Positions 1 to 9,326 of a stretch of 64,000 nt of DNA are shown one piece after another. Source of the stretch: an uncultured Verrucomicrobiae bacterium. GTDB lineage: Bacteria; Verrucomicrobiota; Verrucomicrobiia; Chthoniobacterales; JAFAMB01. The position numbers and the translations under genes are program-made. The notes under the pieces are model-generated. The model had not been told where the DNA came from. It worked only from the letters and a program-made list of their open reading frames with translations, and did not search any database. Where the stretch lies: NCBI GenBank assembly GCA_963837955.1, contig CAWIPH010000002.1, positions 3,392,001-3,456,000 of the forward strand, given 5' to 3'. Positions within the stretch are counted from its first letter, which is position 1. Every line of letters begins with the position of its first letter.

Positions 1-314
1 AGCATTCTTGGCGAGGAGCGTGGACATATGATATAATTCTGCCCTCTGGTGATCCGCTTGATGTTTTCCGGGCGGTGAGGATAAATCCCTTTCCCGATCT
101 TGCTCATGGCCCCTGAAAAAGGGTTGTGCGCCTGGGTTGGCGTCAACGCGAGCTGCCGCGTCGCGGCATGCAGCGCGCCGTAAACCGGTAATTCAGTGGA
201 CCGGAAACGGGCAATAATTCCGAAAGCCCACTCGGCATAATTGCCGGCACTCAAACCGGGTCTGGACTCCAGAACGGCCGCGCTGAATGCTTTCAAATCG
301 CGATTGGGGGGCAT
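1..314 (-). CDS. partial ORF running off the left edge, hypothetical (possibly the N-terminus of a regulator)
   Basis: Hand translation from ATG at 314 gives MPPNRDLKAFSAAVLESRPGLSAGNYAEWAFGIIARF..., with no stop before position 1. No diagnostic motif is visible. Confidence 0.3.
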   Translation of the reverse strand, partial: MPPNRDLKAFSAAVLESRPGLSAGNYAEWAFGIIARFRSTELPVYGALHAATRQLALTPTQAHNPFSGAMSKIGKGIYPHRPENIKRITRGQNYIICPRSSPRM

Positions 315-544
315 GAACAGCCTCAACTACCATAAATACAATAAAATAAAGAACAGAGGACCGTCAATAAAAGACGCGTCCCCTCGCCTGCCGCTCATTT
401 TCTGACATTGCGTTGCGTGTGATTTCCCTGAGGCCTCGGCGTTTCCGACCGTCTGAAGTGACAAGGCAACGACCTTCCTCGAGATCGCGATCTTCGCGCT
501 GCACTCTACCGCGACGCTCGAGGCAATGGCCCGTCTCTTACTTA

Positions 545-860
545 GAGAAACATTCCGCCCGGAAGCCTTCAGGCGCTGAGCGTTAACCCACCTTCCCTCC
601 TCCGAACAAAGAAAGGCGACGACGCATTCAACTGCCAAGGGAGAATCCGGGCCTGCCGCCATCCAGCTTTTCCCCAACAAACGGGCGTTCGAAGTCTGAT
701 CGCTAGCCGAAAACTCTTCCTTCGAAAGAGCGATACGACGGTAGTCACATTGGCAGCGCCAAAGTCTGCTCACCTGATCAATAGCGAGCGATCGTGCGGG
801 AGGACATGCTCTTTCCCATGGCGAATAGCGGTCTATCACTTCAGGAACGAAGCCCATCAG
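545..860 (-). pseudogene. fragment of a short-chain dehydrogenase/reductase (C-terminal part)
   Basis: VVAFLCSEEGRWVNAQRLKASG matches the typical SDR C-terminus (VAFLAS..GRWVNAQRIEASGG). No intact N-terminal Rossmann motif. Confidence 0.45.
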
Positions 861-960
861 CAGGCCTTAGCATCTTCGCTGTGCGCTTCCGGAGCAAAGT
901 GCAATCCGCCGCCGTGGTCAGTAAAAACTCGACCTACTAAATCCCGAGCCCTCCCCTGCC

Positions 961-1152
961 ATGCACGACGCAATCCGGACCTACGCAGAACTCCAACAGC
1001 ACATGCACGACGCCCTACGCGAGCAAAATCCGGAGTGGGTCGCGCCGAACGGCGACAGTCCTACCTGCCATTCCTATGAGAGGCGATTCGCCGACCTGCT
1101 AGCCCTTTTTGCCGAGAGCGGAACACGCCGGGCCCAAACCCTAAACGGTTAA
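961..1152 (+). CDS. small hypothetical protein (63 aa)
   Basis: ATG-started ORF with protein-like helical composition (MHDALREQNPEWVAPNGDSPTCHSYERRFADLL). Confidence 0.55.
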   Translation: MHDAIRTYAELQQHMHDALREQNPEWVAPNGDSPTCHSYERRFADLLALFAESGTRRAQTLNG

Positions 1153-1396
1153 CTATCGCTCGCTATGTCTGATACTCTCTGCCGGCAAGCCGTCTACACT
1201 AGCGGCTTTTCTCTCATGCGCGTCATGATGCATGCGGTATGCCTGCTTCGCCGTCCTGGCAAAGCGGCCTTTTTCTTTGCTGGCATGCGCCGAGAATTCT
1301 CTATCCTGTGCCACCGATGTTAGCCTTCTCTCAAGAAAGAGGTGCTACCTCGGCCTTCAAGTCCGATGCAGTGCCGCTTTGCGGCGTCCACAGATC

Positions 1397-2080
1397 TCAT
1401 TTGTCCCCAAGATTGACAGGCTCCTTACTTGAACCGAAGTGGTCCACTTCAAACAGGCGCTGCATGTTCTGTTGGGCGGGTTCGTAATTTTTGTCGAGCT
1501 TGATCGCCCGGCCGTAGTACTTTTTCGCTTTGACGTAGTCCTCAAGTATCTCGGCCAAGACGCCAGCTAGATTGAATGCTTCGACCGACTTCGGGTTCAG
1601 CTCCGACGCCTTCACTAAGTGCAGCCGAGCCTTGGCAAACGCGCGCAGATTGAGGCAGCGCTTCGCCGCGGCTATGTGGGCGCTGAAAGTCTCGGCTGGT
1701 GTGTCGTCCTGTCGACCGTGCCGCTTTATAATTTCAGCCACAATGCTTCGAAATTCCTCGGGGCGAAGCGGTTTTTGCAGGAAGTCGATTGCGCCGAGTT
1801 TCATGGCCTTGACCGCATGGGTGACATCGCTGTACGCGGTAACGATCATCGCCGGGACTCCAATTCCGCTTTCGCGTATCTTTGCGAGCAGTTCTAATCC
1901 GTCCATCCCAGGCATCCGCATGGCGAGGATCGCAAGGGCGAATGAATGCGTAGCAAGCAACTGTACCGCCTGCTCTCCTGAACGGGCTTCAAAAATTTCG
2001 TAGCCTTCCGTTTCAAGCGTAATCCGAAAGTTCAGACGCACATTCGGCTCGTCATCGACAATGAGAAGCCGTTCATTCAT
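1397..2080 (-). CDS. response regulator receiver domain plus C-terminal TPR; phosphoacceptor Asp replaced by Ala
   Basis: LLIVDDE, MPGMDG, IVTAY and FLQKP receiver motifs. The beta-3 strand reads LAILAMRMP (Ala53). TPR-like C-terminus (VEAFNLAGVLAE...AKKYYGRAIKLD). Confidence 0.85.
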   Translation of the reverse strand: MNERLLIVDDEPNVRLNFRITLETEGYEIFEARSGEQAVQLLATHSFALAILAMRMPGMDGLELLAKIRESGIGVPAMIVTAYSDVTHAVKAMKLGAIDFLQKPLRPEEFRSIVAEIIKRHGRQDDTPAETFSAHIAAAKRCLNLRAFAKARLHLVKASELNPKSVEAFNLAGVLAEILEDYVKAKKYYGRAIKLDKNYEPAQQNMQRLFEVDHFGSSKEPVNLGDK

Positions 2081-2297
2081 GCGGTAACTCCGTTATTAGT
2101 CGTTGGAAGGTCAAAATAGAACTCGTTCCCCGCGTACTCTGCGGAGCCGATGTTTCCTCCGTGCGAAACGGCCATTTCTCCAGCGGTTGCGAGTCCAAGT
2201 CCCGTGCCTGTCGAGTCTTAGATGCCTGGAACGCGGAAGAGGCGCGAAAAAATGCGTGGTTGAAATTCTTTGGGGATACGGGCCCATGATCGAGCAT
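2077..2297 (-). pseudogene. remnant of a sensor histidine kinase (HATPase_c C-terminus)
   Basis: Hand translation: LDHGP / frameshift / IPKEFQPRIFSRLFRVPGI*DSTGTGLGLATAGEMAVSHGGNIG...EFYFDLP, i.e. G1, F and G2 boxes. Internal TAA at 2218-2220. Its stop overlaps the response regulator ATG (ATGA). Confidence 0.8.
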
Positions 2298-2778
2298 GCT
2301 ATTCTTCGGTCGAAACAAGAACCTGAGCTAACCGCATGCCCGACCGGGTAGTTTCTCACAGGAATCTGGTTTTCCGCGAGTCCACCCAATGCTACTAACC
2401 AAAATACAGCGACTGAATTAGCATATCGCGAGCTTCGACTACCGAAACACTAGCAATCTGCGAGTCCCCAACATTTAAAAAGCGATTACTGCCGGCTTCA
2501 TTCTATGCTCTGAAGCAGCGCATCTTACTGGGGGCTTACTCTGATCTTTATCCCTCTTGTTGAATCGGATTATACTCGGTTTGGCGGAAGAGTAATCCTG
2601 AGTGAACTTCGCAGTCTGCGAGTGCTTACGATACTAGCTGTTAATGTAATCTGCCGCGCCCCTCGCAAAACAGTTTTATAAGGCGCAAATCAGCTTGGCA
2701 CGAGTAAAGCTCTGTGCCAAGTGTGGCGATGTCGGGTCGCCTCTAGCAATAAGTTGTCCGCTAGAAAGGGTTGAGCGT

Positions 2779-2948
2779 CAGCTCGATCGGGACGACACCA
2801 AGCGTGATGCAGCCGATAAACGTAAAGAGATAGACCAAACCTTGCGGGCGAACGCTTCGGCCCCGTTTGAGGGGCTGGTTGGTGACAAGTTTGTTAACGT
2901 GCTGGAATTAACCTCGAACTTTGTAAACGGTACGGAGTACCAAAATAA
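2779..2948 (+). pseudogene. kdpC: 3' fragment of a kdpC paralog
   Basis: QLDR-DDTKRDAADKRKEIDQTLRANASAPFEGLVGDKFVNVLE / frameshift / NLELCKRYGVPK* aligns to the C-terminus of the intact KdpC (9327-10343), with VASKWA deleted. Confidence 0.85.
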
Positions 2949-2954
2949 TTTGAA

Positions 2955-3941
2955 ATGAGCGATCGACAACCACCAGAATTTATTTTGCAGCGTCAAGGGC
3001 AACCGATCTTTCGCCGATCATTCCTGTTTAGCCTGGTTGTTGGCATCGTCGTTGTGATCCTCATTGCCCTCTTCGCTCTCGATTCATACTTCGTCGTCGA
3101 ACCCACAGAGATGGCGGGTGTGCGACGCCTTGGACAAGTTATTACCACCAACCCCCTCGGACCGGGCCTGCATTTCAAGCTGCCGTTCATCGACCAGGTC
3201 GATCGGTTACAGGTGTCTTTGGACACGTTTAAGCTCGACAGGCTTACCGTGAACACAATCGATAACCAGCCGATAGCAGTGACTGTCGGTCTTACCTATC
3301 GCATTCCTCCCAAGGCGGTGCTGCCGCTTCTCTATGAGGTTGGCCGCGCGGGTAATTTTGATATTACAGAGAATTTCGAGCGGATCGTCGCCGATCGAAC
3401 CGCGAAAATTTTCGCCCAGCAGAATACGACTCGAATCAGTGAAAACCGCGACCAAATTTTAAACGCCCTCAAAACCCTTCTATCGAATGATCTCGGTACC
3501 CTCTACCACATAGAAGTGGTGGATTTCCAGATCGCCGGCATCATCTATTCAGATAGTTTCCGTGCTTCGGTTGAAGCTGCAGTTAAGGCTAAGAACGAGG
3601 CGGTTGCCGCCGAGAATACTGTGAATCGGATCCGATTCGAAGCTCAGCAAGCAGTCGAGCGGGCGAACGGCGAGGCCGCGGCGAAACTCAAATTGGCTGA
3701 TGCAGACCGCCAATCGACGATTTTGAGCGCTCAGGGCAGGGCCGAAGGAATACGGCTTGAGGGTGAATCACGTGCAGCAGTACTCCGCATGAATGCTGAA
3801 ATCCTGAAAACCAGCCCTCTCGTGATCGACCTCGCCAAAGCAGACCGTTGGAATGGTGCGTTACCACTGACTTTGCTCCAGGGTACTGGTACTATGCCAC
3901 TTTTGTCATTGCCGCCGCTCGAAACAACCGAAAAGAAGTGA
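2955..3941 (+). CDS. SPFH/Band 7/prohibitin (HflC-like) membrane protein
   Basis: N-terminal TM helix, VVEPTEMAGVRRLG, PGLHFKLPFID, and an Ala/Glu-rich coiled coil. Confidence 0.9.
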   Translation: MSDRQPPEFILQRQGQPIFRRSFLFSLVVGIVVVILIALFALDSYFVVEPTEMAGVRRLGQVITTNPLGPGLHFKLPFIDQVDRLQVSLDTFKLDRLTVNTIDNQPIAVTVGLTYRIPPKAVLPLLYEVGRAGNFDITENFERIVADRTAKIFAQQNTTRISENRDQILNALKTLLSNDLGTLYHIEVVDFQIAGIIYSDSFRASVEAAVKAKNEAVAAENTVNRIRFEAQQAVERANGEAAAKLKLADADRQSTILSAQGRAEGIRLEGESRAAVLRMNAEILKTSPLVIDLAKADRWNGALPLTLLQGTGTMPLLSLPPLETTEKK

Positions 3942-4398
3942 CGCGATCTTCGAGGGCTTGACGCCCTGTGATCTTCTTGCAAGCCAAGAGCAGCTTGAGA
4001 AAAAGCCTGGATTTCGCTCCGAATCGTCGTTGTGCCTGAGTCGTTCAACTTCGATCTCTTTATCAACTATTGCTGCGAGCACAACGGGCCGGGGTATATC
4101 TCGAAGCTCGTAGCCCCGCATCCGGAAAAAATACCGTGACTTCACTGGCGGTGAGAAACTCCGCGTCTTCTTCGTGGAAGACGAGGCCGGCGATAGGAAC
4201 GACTGGCAGCAAAGGACTCTAGACGGCATTCGTTCGAGCCGTCTCCTGTCCGCAACCGCAGACCCCAAGGAGATCTCACTCTCGCGATCTTCGGAGAAAG
4301 TCGCAAAGTCAGGTTGATTCGGAATGGCCGAGCATGCAGATAGGAAGGGCCTTGGGAACTTAGCCCATAAGGGGGAAGAGATGTGCTCCGCGACAATC

Positions 4399-4612
4399 GT
4401 CCCGGAGGGACCCTATGAAAGTAGCCCAGTACGAAGTGCTGGGTTGGTGTCCAAAAAAAGCGGCCCGTCCCGGATGGGACGATCGACTCCTCCTCACGCT
4501 TGTGAAACCACACCCGAGAGACCAGGAGCCAAACGTTTCGATCGTCCCGGACGGACATCTCTTTTGCATCATGTCCCACCACTCGTACTGGGTTGGTCTT
4601 CAAACGGCGGAC
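4399..4612. repeat. palindromic REP/MITE-like element, copy 1 (right end degenerate)
   Basis: Begins GTCCCGGAGGGACC..ATGAAAGTAGCCCAGTACGAAGTGCTGGG and is colinear with 15773-15999. Confidence 0.8.
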
Positions 4613-5022
4613 CACTGAGCGTCGCTCTTAAAGCTATCGCAGTTTGCGAGCCTCCTTTTATGCACACCTCGCACGATGCCAGAATGAGAGCCTTCCCAGA
4701 AATCTTCGTCCAGGTCGCGGCTCGATAAAAACAGCTGGGCGATCCGCTGAGAAGTATCGCTCAGAGAAACTTGGCATGAGTAAAGCTAACTTCTCGTCGG
4801 CAGAGAAAGCCAATTAGTGAAACTGTTTTCAGCAATCCTCTTAGCTGAACGCAGTTAGTAGTTAACAGTTCGCGTTCTGGTGCTCCTCCTGCCCCAAGCG
4901 CGATACGTTGTTGGTAGTTCTGGCATACCCCCCTCTTGCTAGGACCAGACTTACGTCGTGGATGCTCGTGCTGCGATTGAGGGCAGCGGGGCCAGTCATT
5001 CTATCGGAAAGTATAAAATAGT

Positions 5023-5118
5023 ATGCAGCTCGAAATTTGGTTGCCAGCAATGTTTTTGCTGGGTCTGGTGTCAATGGGTGGGTGCTTTCTTTTCATGAAG
5101 GCATGCGAAGAAATCTAA
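5023..5118 (+). CDS. small single-TM peptide upstream of kdpF (31 aa)
   Basis: Hand translation MQLEIWLPAMFLLGLVSMGGCFLFMKACEEI; ends 12 bp before kdpF. Not in the ORF track. Confidence 0.7.
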   Translation: MQLEIWLPAMFLLGLVSMGGCFLFMKACEEI

Positions 5119-5130
5119 GGCAAAACGAAC

Positions 5131-5211
5131 ATGATCTTCCTAACGGCTCTTATAGCGCTCCTGCTCTTCATTTACTTGTTTGTTGCTCTGGTTCGTCCGG
5201 AATGGTTTTGA
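5131..5211 (+). CDS. kdpF: K+-transporting ATPase subunit F
   Basis: MIFLTALIALLLFIYLFVALVRPEWF carries the KdpF signature YL..AL.RPE.F and lies just upstream of kdpA. Confidence 0.92.
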   Translation: MIFLTALIALLLFIYLFVALVRPEWF

Positions 5212-5257
5212 ACCAGGCTGTTTGGTAACCACCTAACAATGGAAAGAGTTTAGAACC

Positions 5258-7075
5258 ATGTGGCTTCTACCGATTTCAATTCTTGTCGTAACGACATTAT
5301 TAGCAATCCCCCTGAGCAAATACTTAGCCTGGATAATGGACGGAAAGTATCGGCCATTACCATTTTTCCGTTCGATCGAGACCCGGCTAAATAGCGGTCC
5401 GCAAAATTGGAAACAGTATACCGTTTCCTTACTGCTGTTTAATACCGTTCTGTTCGTGTTCGGATTTATAGTGCTCTTTCTCCAGCCTTGGATGCCTTTG
5501 AATGGTCTAGGCAGAGGTATGCTGGCGCCGACTACGATCTTTCACAGCGTCGTGTCGTTCATGACCAATACCGATTTACAGCATTATTCGGGGGATCAAC
5601 ATTTTTCGAATTTCAGCCAGATCTTTTTCTGCCTGACCAACTTCTTTCTATCCGCTTCAATCGGTTTCTGTGGACTTTCGGCGATAATCAGGGCACTGCG
5701 GGGCGACTCCAAAATTGGAAACTTCTTCGTCGATATGTGGAGGGTGGTCATCTACACCTTCCTGCCGATCTCGTTTATATTAGCAATAGTCTTTCTGCAG
5801 CAAGGGAGCCCGATGACATTCGATAGCGCTCATCAGGTTTCCACTCTCGAGCCAGCCGCCATGGGCACTGGTGACAATGGACAGGTGAAGCAACAAACGA
5901 TTGTAGTAGGTCCTCTGGCTGCCTTTGTACCGATGAAACAGCTCGGCACGAATGGGGGCGGATTTTACGGCATGAATTCCGCCCATCCGTTCGAGAACCC
6001 GACGGACGTTACTAACTTTCTGTCCTGTATCGCGATGATGCTCTTCCCGTTCTCTCTCGTGCTGATGTACGGGCGAATGTTGAAGAGGATACGACACTCC
6101 GTGGTGATATTCGGCGTGATGGCCGTGCTGATGATCGGTACGGTGGCCTGGGCTATTTGGTTTGACACGCTACAGCCCAACCCAGGTCTGACCGGGCGCT
6201 CAACGGCTCAGACATATCAGATGCCAAGTCCAAACGCACCCGGAGGTAAACGGGATGTCACCCTACCGGCGGTAGCATCTTTGCCGGTGGATCAACACCT
6301 CGGTAATCTCGAAGGCAAGGAGATACGGTTCGGGACTTCAGCAGGTGCGACTTTTGCCGCTCTCACTGTCGATGTCACTGACGGGGCGGTAAATTGTGAG
6401 CACGATAGTCTCAATCCCATAGCTGCCTTGTCGCCGATGGTTGGCATGTGGCTAAACTGTATCTTTGGGGGCAAGGGCGTCGGCATGATTAACCTATTGC
6501 TCTTTTTGATAGTCGGCGTTTTCGTTGCCGGCCAGATGGTCGGGCGAACTCCCGAATATCTAGGTAGGAAAATCGGCGGCCGCGAGATGAAGCTGGCAAT
6601 GATTGCACTCCTCATTCACCCAATCATGATTCTTTGGCCGACTGGACTTTTTTCGGCAACTGACTGGGGTACCAAAGCAGAGAACAATCCAGGACCCCAC
6701 GGCTTCTCTGAGATCATGTACCAGTTTTCTTCTGCCTCGGCCAATAACGGTTCAGCCTTTGACGGACTCGGAGTCACCTATGGACTTAATAACAATCCGA
6801 ATCCTTCCCCGACGGCTGTGCCATGGGATATTGCTACCGGCCTGGTGATAATCATCAGTCGTTTTCTGCCGATCATTGCACCGATCGCAATGGCAGCAAG
6901 TCTTGGCGCGAAGAAGGCGGTTCCGTTTGGACTAGGCACCTTGCGTGACGACACAACGACGTTTGGGTTCCTACTATGCGCAACTATTCTAATTATCGGT
7001 TCCTTGTTATTCCTGCCGGTCGCCGCCCTCGGGCCGCTCGCGGAGCATTTGGGACCTATCCCGTTCGGGGGCTGA
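5258..7075 (+). CDS. kdpA: K+-transporting ATPase subunit A
   Basis: SFMTNTDLQHYSG, KQLGTNGGGF, NSAHPFENP, GGKGVG and SASANNGSAF pore-loop motifs. Confidence 0.97.
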   Translation: MWLLPISILVVTTLLAIPLSKYLAWIMDGKYRPLPFFRSIETRLNSGPQNWKQYTVSLLLFNTVLFVFGFIVLFLQPWMPLNGLGRGMLAPTTIFHSVVSFMTNTDLQHYSGDQHFSNFSQIFFCLTNFFLSASIGFCGLSAIIRALRGDSKIGNFFVDMWRVVIYTFLPISFILAIVFLQQGSPMTFDSAHQVSTLEPAAMGTGDNGQVKQQTIVVGPLAAFVPMKQLGTNGGGFYGMNSAHPFENPTDVTNFLSCIAMMLFPFSLVLMYGRMLKRIRHSVVIFGVMAVLMIGTVAWAIWFDTLQPNPGLTGRSTAQTYQMPSPNAPGGKRDVTLPAVASLPVDQHLGNLEGKEIRFGTSAGATFAALTVDVTDGAVNCEHDSLNPIAALSPMVGMWLNCIFGGKGVGMINLLLFLIVGVFVAGQMVGRTPEYLGRKIGGREMKLAMIALLIHPIMILWPTGLFSATDWGTKAENNPGPHGFSEIMYQFSSASANNGSAFDGLGVTYGLNNNPNPSPTAVPWDIATGLVIIISRFLPIIAPIAMAASLGAKKAVPFGLGTLRDDTTTFGFLLCATILIIGSLLFLPVAALGPLAEHLGPIPFGG

Positions 7076-7132
7076 ATATAACCCTGACTAACTGGAACGC
7101 ATTTAACATTCCCTAAGAGAAAACTCACTCAG

Positions 7133-9295
7133 ATGGCAAAGGTATTGAATCCAGCTCAGGCTTCACGCGAGCTCACTACGCCGCCGGGACGACTCCCTTT
7201 CCGGCGGAAGAATCCCTTACTGGCACCGGGTACGGTAGGACCGGCCATAAAGCAGGCGTTTATCATGTTGCGCCCTGACATCCAGTGGAAGAACCCCGTG
7301 ATGTTTGTGGTGGAAGTAGGCGCTTTTCTAACCCTGTTTTACTTAATTCAAGCGTGTCTCGGGAAATCCGAGAGCCAGGTTTCGATTGGCTACTTCGTAG
7401 CGCTTGATATCTGGCTTTTTCTAACGGTGCTATTCGCAAATTTTGCGACGGCGGTAGCGGAAGCACGCGGCAAGGCGCAGGCGGAGTCGCTGAGGCGGGT
7501 ACGTCACGACACGATTGCGCATCGGCTGACGTCCCGCAACGGCATCGAGGAAGTTTCCTCGGCGGTTTTGCTGCCAGGCGATCAGGTTGTCGTAAAGGCA
7601 GGACAGTTTGTTCCCGGCGACGGCGAAATCGTCAAAGGCATTGCGTCGATCGATGAATCGGCCATAACCGGCGAGTCGGCCCCGGTCATTCGCGAGTCGG
7701 GAGGGGACCGGTCCGGGGTGACTGGAGGCACGCTGGTAGTCTCTGATCAAATAGTGATCAAGATCACCTCTGGTGCCGGGGAATCGTTTCTCGATCGGAT
7801 GATCGGGTTAGTTGAGGGAGCGATTCGGCAGCGCACACCGAACGAGATTGCGTTGACTTTGGTGCTGAGCGCTTTCTCACTCATCTTCCTCATCGTGGTG
7901 ATACCACTTTGGCCGATGGCGTTCAATGCCGAGCAGTACATGAAGAGCTATCTCGGCTTAACAGACCAATTGAAAAGTCTCGGTACCGACGTGCCAACTC
8001 TCATCGCGCTCCTGGTCTGTTTGATCCCGACAACTATTGGTGCTCTCTTAGCAGCAATCGGGATCGCCGGTATGGACCGCGCCCTTCGAGCCAACGTTCT
8101 CGCGAAAAGCGGGAAGGCGGTCGAGACCGCTGGTGACATTGACGTGGTATTACTCGATAAGACCGGAACTATCACAGTCGGAAATCGGCACGCTACCGCG
8201 TTTCTTCCAGTCGGGCAGTACGCCGCTGCCGACGTTGGTCGCCTGGCGTTCCTGGCCTCGGCCGCTGACGAAACGCCGGAGGGGAAGACGATTGTCACTA
8301 AAGCCAAAGAGCTGCAACCGCCTAGACAGGCGGCCATGAGCGTGCCAGACGGTTCCAAGTTCATACCTTTTACCGCTCAAACTCGCATGAGCGGAGTCGA
8401 TCTTCCGGACGGAAGTAAAATCCGCAAAGGGGCAGCAGACGCTATCGTCGACTTTGTCGAGGAGCAGCACGGCAGTATCCCAGCAGAGCTTGATGGGTTA
8501 GTTACCCGAGTCGCTTCGGAGGGCGCCACACCGCTCGTTGTTGCTGAAAATAATCAGATGGTGGGCGTCGTAGTGCTCGAAGACGTCTTGAAACCTGCGA
8601 TGAACGAGCGTTTTGAACGGCTTCGCAGAATGGGTTTACGCACGGTCATGATCACCGGAGATAACCCTTTGACGGCTGCGACCATTGCGAAGAAAGCGGG
8701 CATCGATGACTTCCTGGCGCAAGCAACCCCGGAGGCAAAGCTAGCTTACATCCGCAAAGAGCAAGCAGAAGGCAAGCTAGTTGCCATGATGGGCGATGGC
8801 ACTAACGACGCGCCGGCCCTCGCGCAAGCCGATGTCGCCCTGGCCATGAACGCCGGAACGCAGGCCGCCAAAGAAGCCGCCAACATGGTCGACCTGGATA
8901 GCGATCCGACCAAGCTGATCGAAGTGGTCGAAATCGGCAAACAACTCTTAATGACTCGAGGAGCGTTAACCACCTTTTCCGTCGCCAATGATGTAGCGAA
9001 ATATTTCGCGATCATTCCGGCGCTCTTCGCCGGCACCTTGCCGTGGCTGAAAGCGGTTGATGTCATGCAGTTGCATTCGCCGACGTCAGCAATTCTATCG
9101 GCGGTCATTTTCAACGCTCTCATTATTCCAGCATTGATTCCGGTAGCCCTTAGAGGGGTTAGTTACAAGCCTTTGGGAGCAGACGCGTTGCTGCGAAGAA
9201 ACTTATTAGTCTGGGGACTAGGGGGCGTCATCCTTCCGTTCCTAGGCATTAAACTCATCGATCTGATAATGGTCGCCTTCCATTTGGTTGCTTGA
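7133..9295 (+). CDS. kdpB: K+-transporting ATPase subunit B (P-type ATPase)
   Basis: TGES, CLIPTTIG, DKTGT phosphorylation site, GDGTNDAPAL and TRGALTTFS. Confidence 0.98.
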   Translation: MAKVLNPAQASRELTTPPGRLPFRRKNPLLAPGTVGPAIKQAFIMLRPDIQWKNPVMFVVEVGAFLTLFYLIQACLGKSESQVSIGYFVALDIWLFLTVLFANFATAVAEARGKAQAESLRRVRHDTIAHRLTSRNGIEEVSSAVLLPGDQVVVKAGQFVPGDGEIVKGIASIDESAITGESAPVIRESGGDRSGVTGGTLVVSDQIVIKITSGAGESFLDRMIGLVEGAIRQRTPNEIALTLVLSAFSLIFLIVVIPLWPMAFNAEQYMKSYLGLTDQLKSLGTDVPTLIALLVCLIPTTIGALLAAIGIAGMDRALRANVLAKSGKAVETAGDIDVVLLDKTGTITVGNRHATAFLPVGQYAAADVGRLAFLASAADETPEGKTIVTKAKELQPPRQAAMSVPDGSKFIPFTAQTRMSGVDLPDGSKIRKGAADAIVDFVEEQHGSIPAELDGLVTRVASEGATPLVVAENNQMVGVVVLEDVLKPAMNERFERLRRMGLRTVMITGDNPLTAATIAKKAGIDDFLAQATPEAKLAYIRKEQAEGKLVAMMGDGTNDAPALAQADVALAMNAGTQAAKEAANMVDLDSDPTKLIEVVEIGKQLLMTRGALTTFSVANDVAKYFAIIPALFAGTLPWLKAVDVMQLHSPTSAILSAVIFNALIIPALIPVALRGVSYKPLGADALLRRNLLVWGLGGVILPFLGIKLIDLIMVAFHLVA

Positions 9296-9326
9296 ACTTT
9301 CACTATTTACTCTTGGGGATATTTAT

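Noticed and set aside
4142..4728. ORFs over the palindromic elements (also 15744-16173)
   Set aside because: Their mutual similarity (MKVAQYEVLG, QHFVLGYFH) comes from translating the repeat on both strands; not credible proteins.
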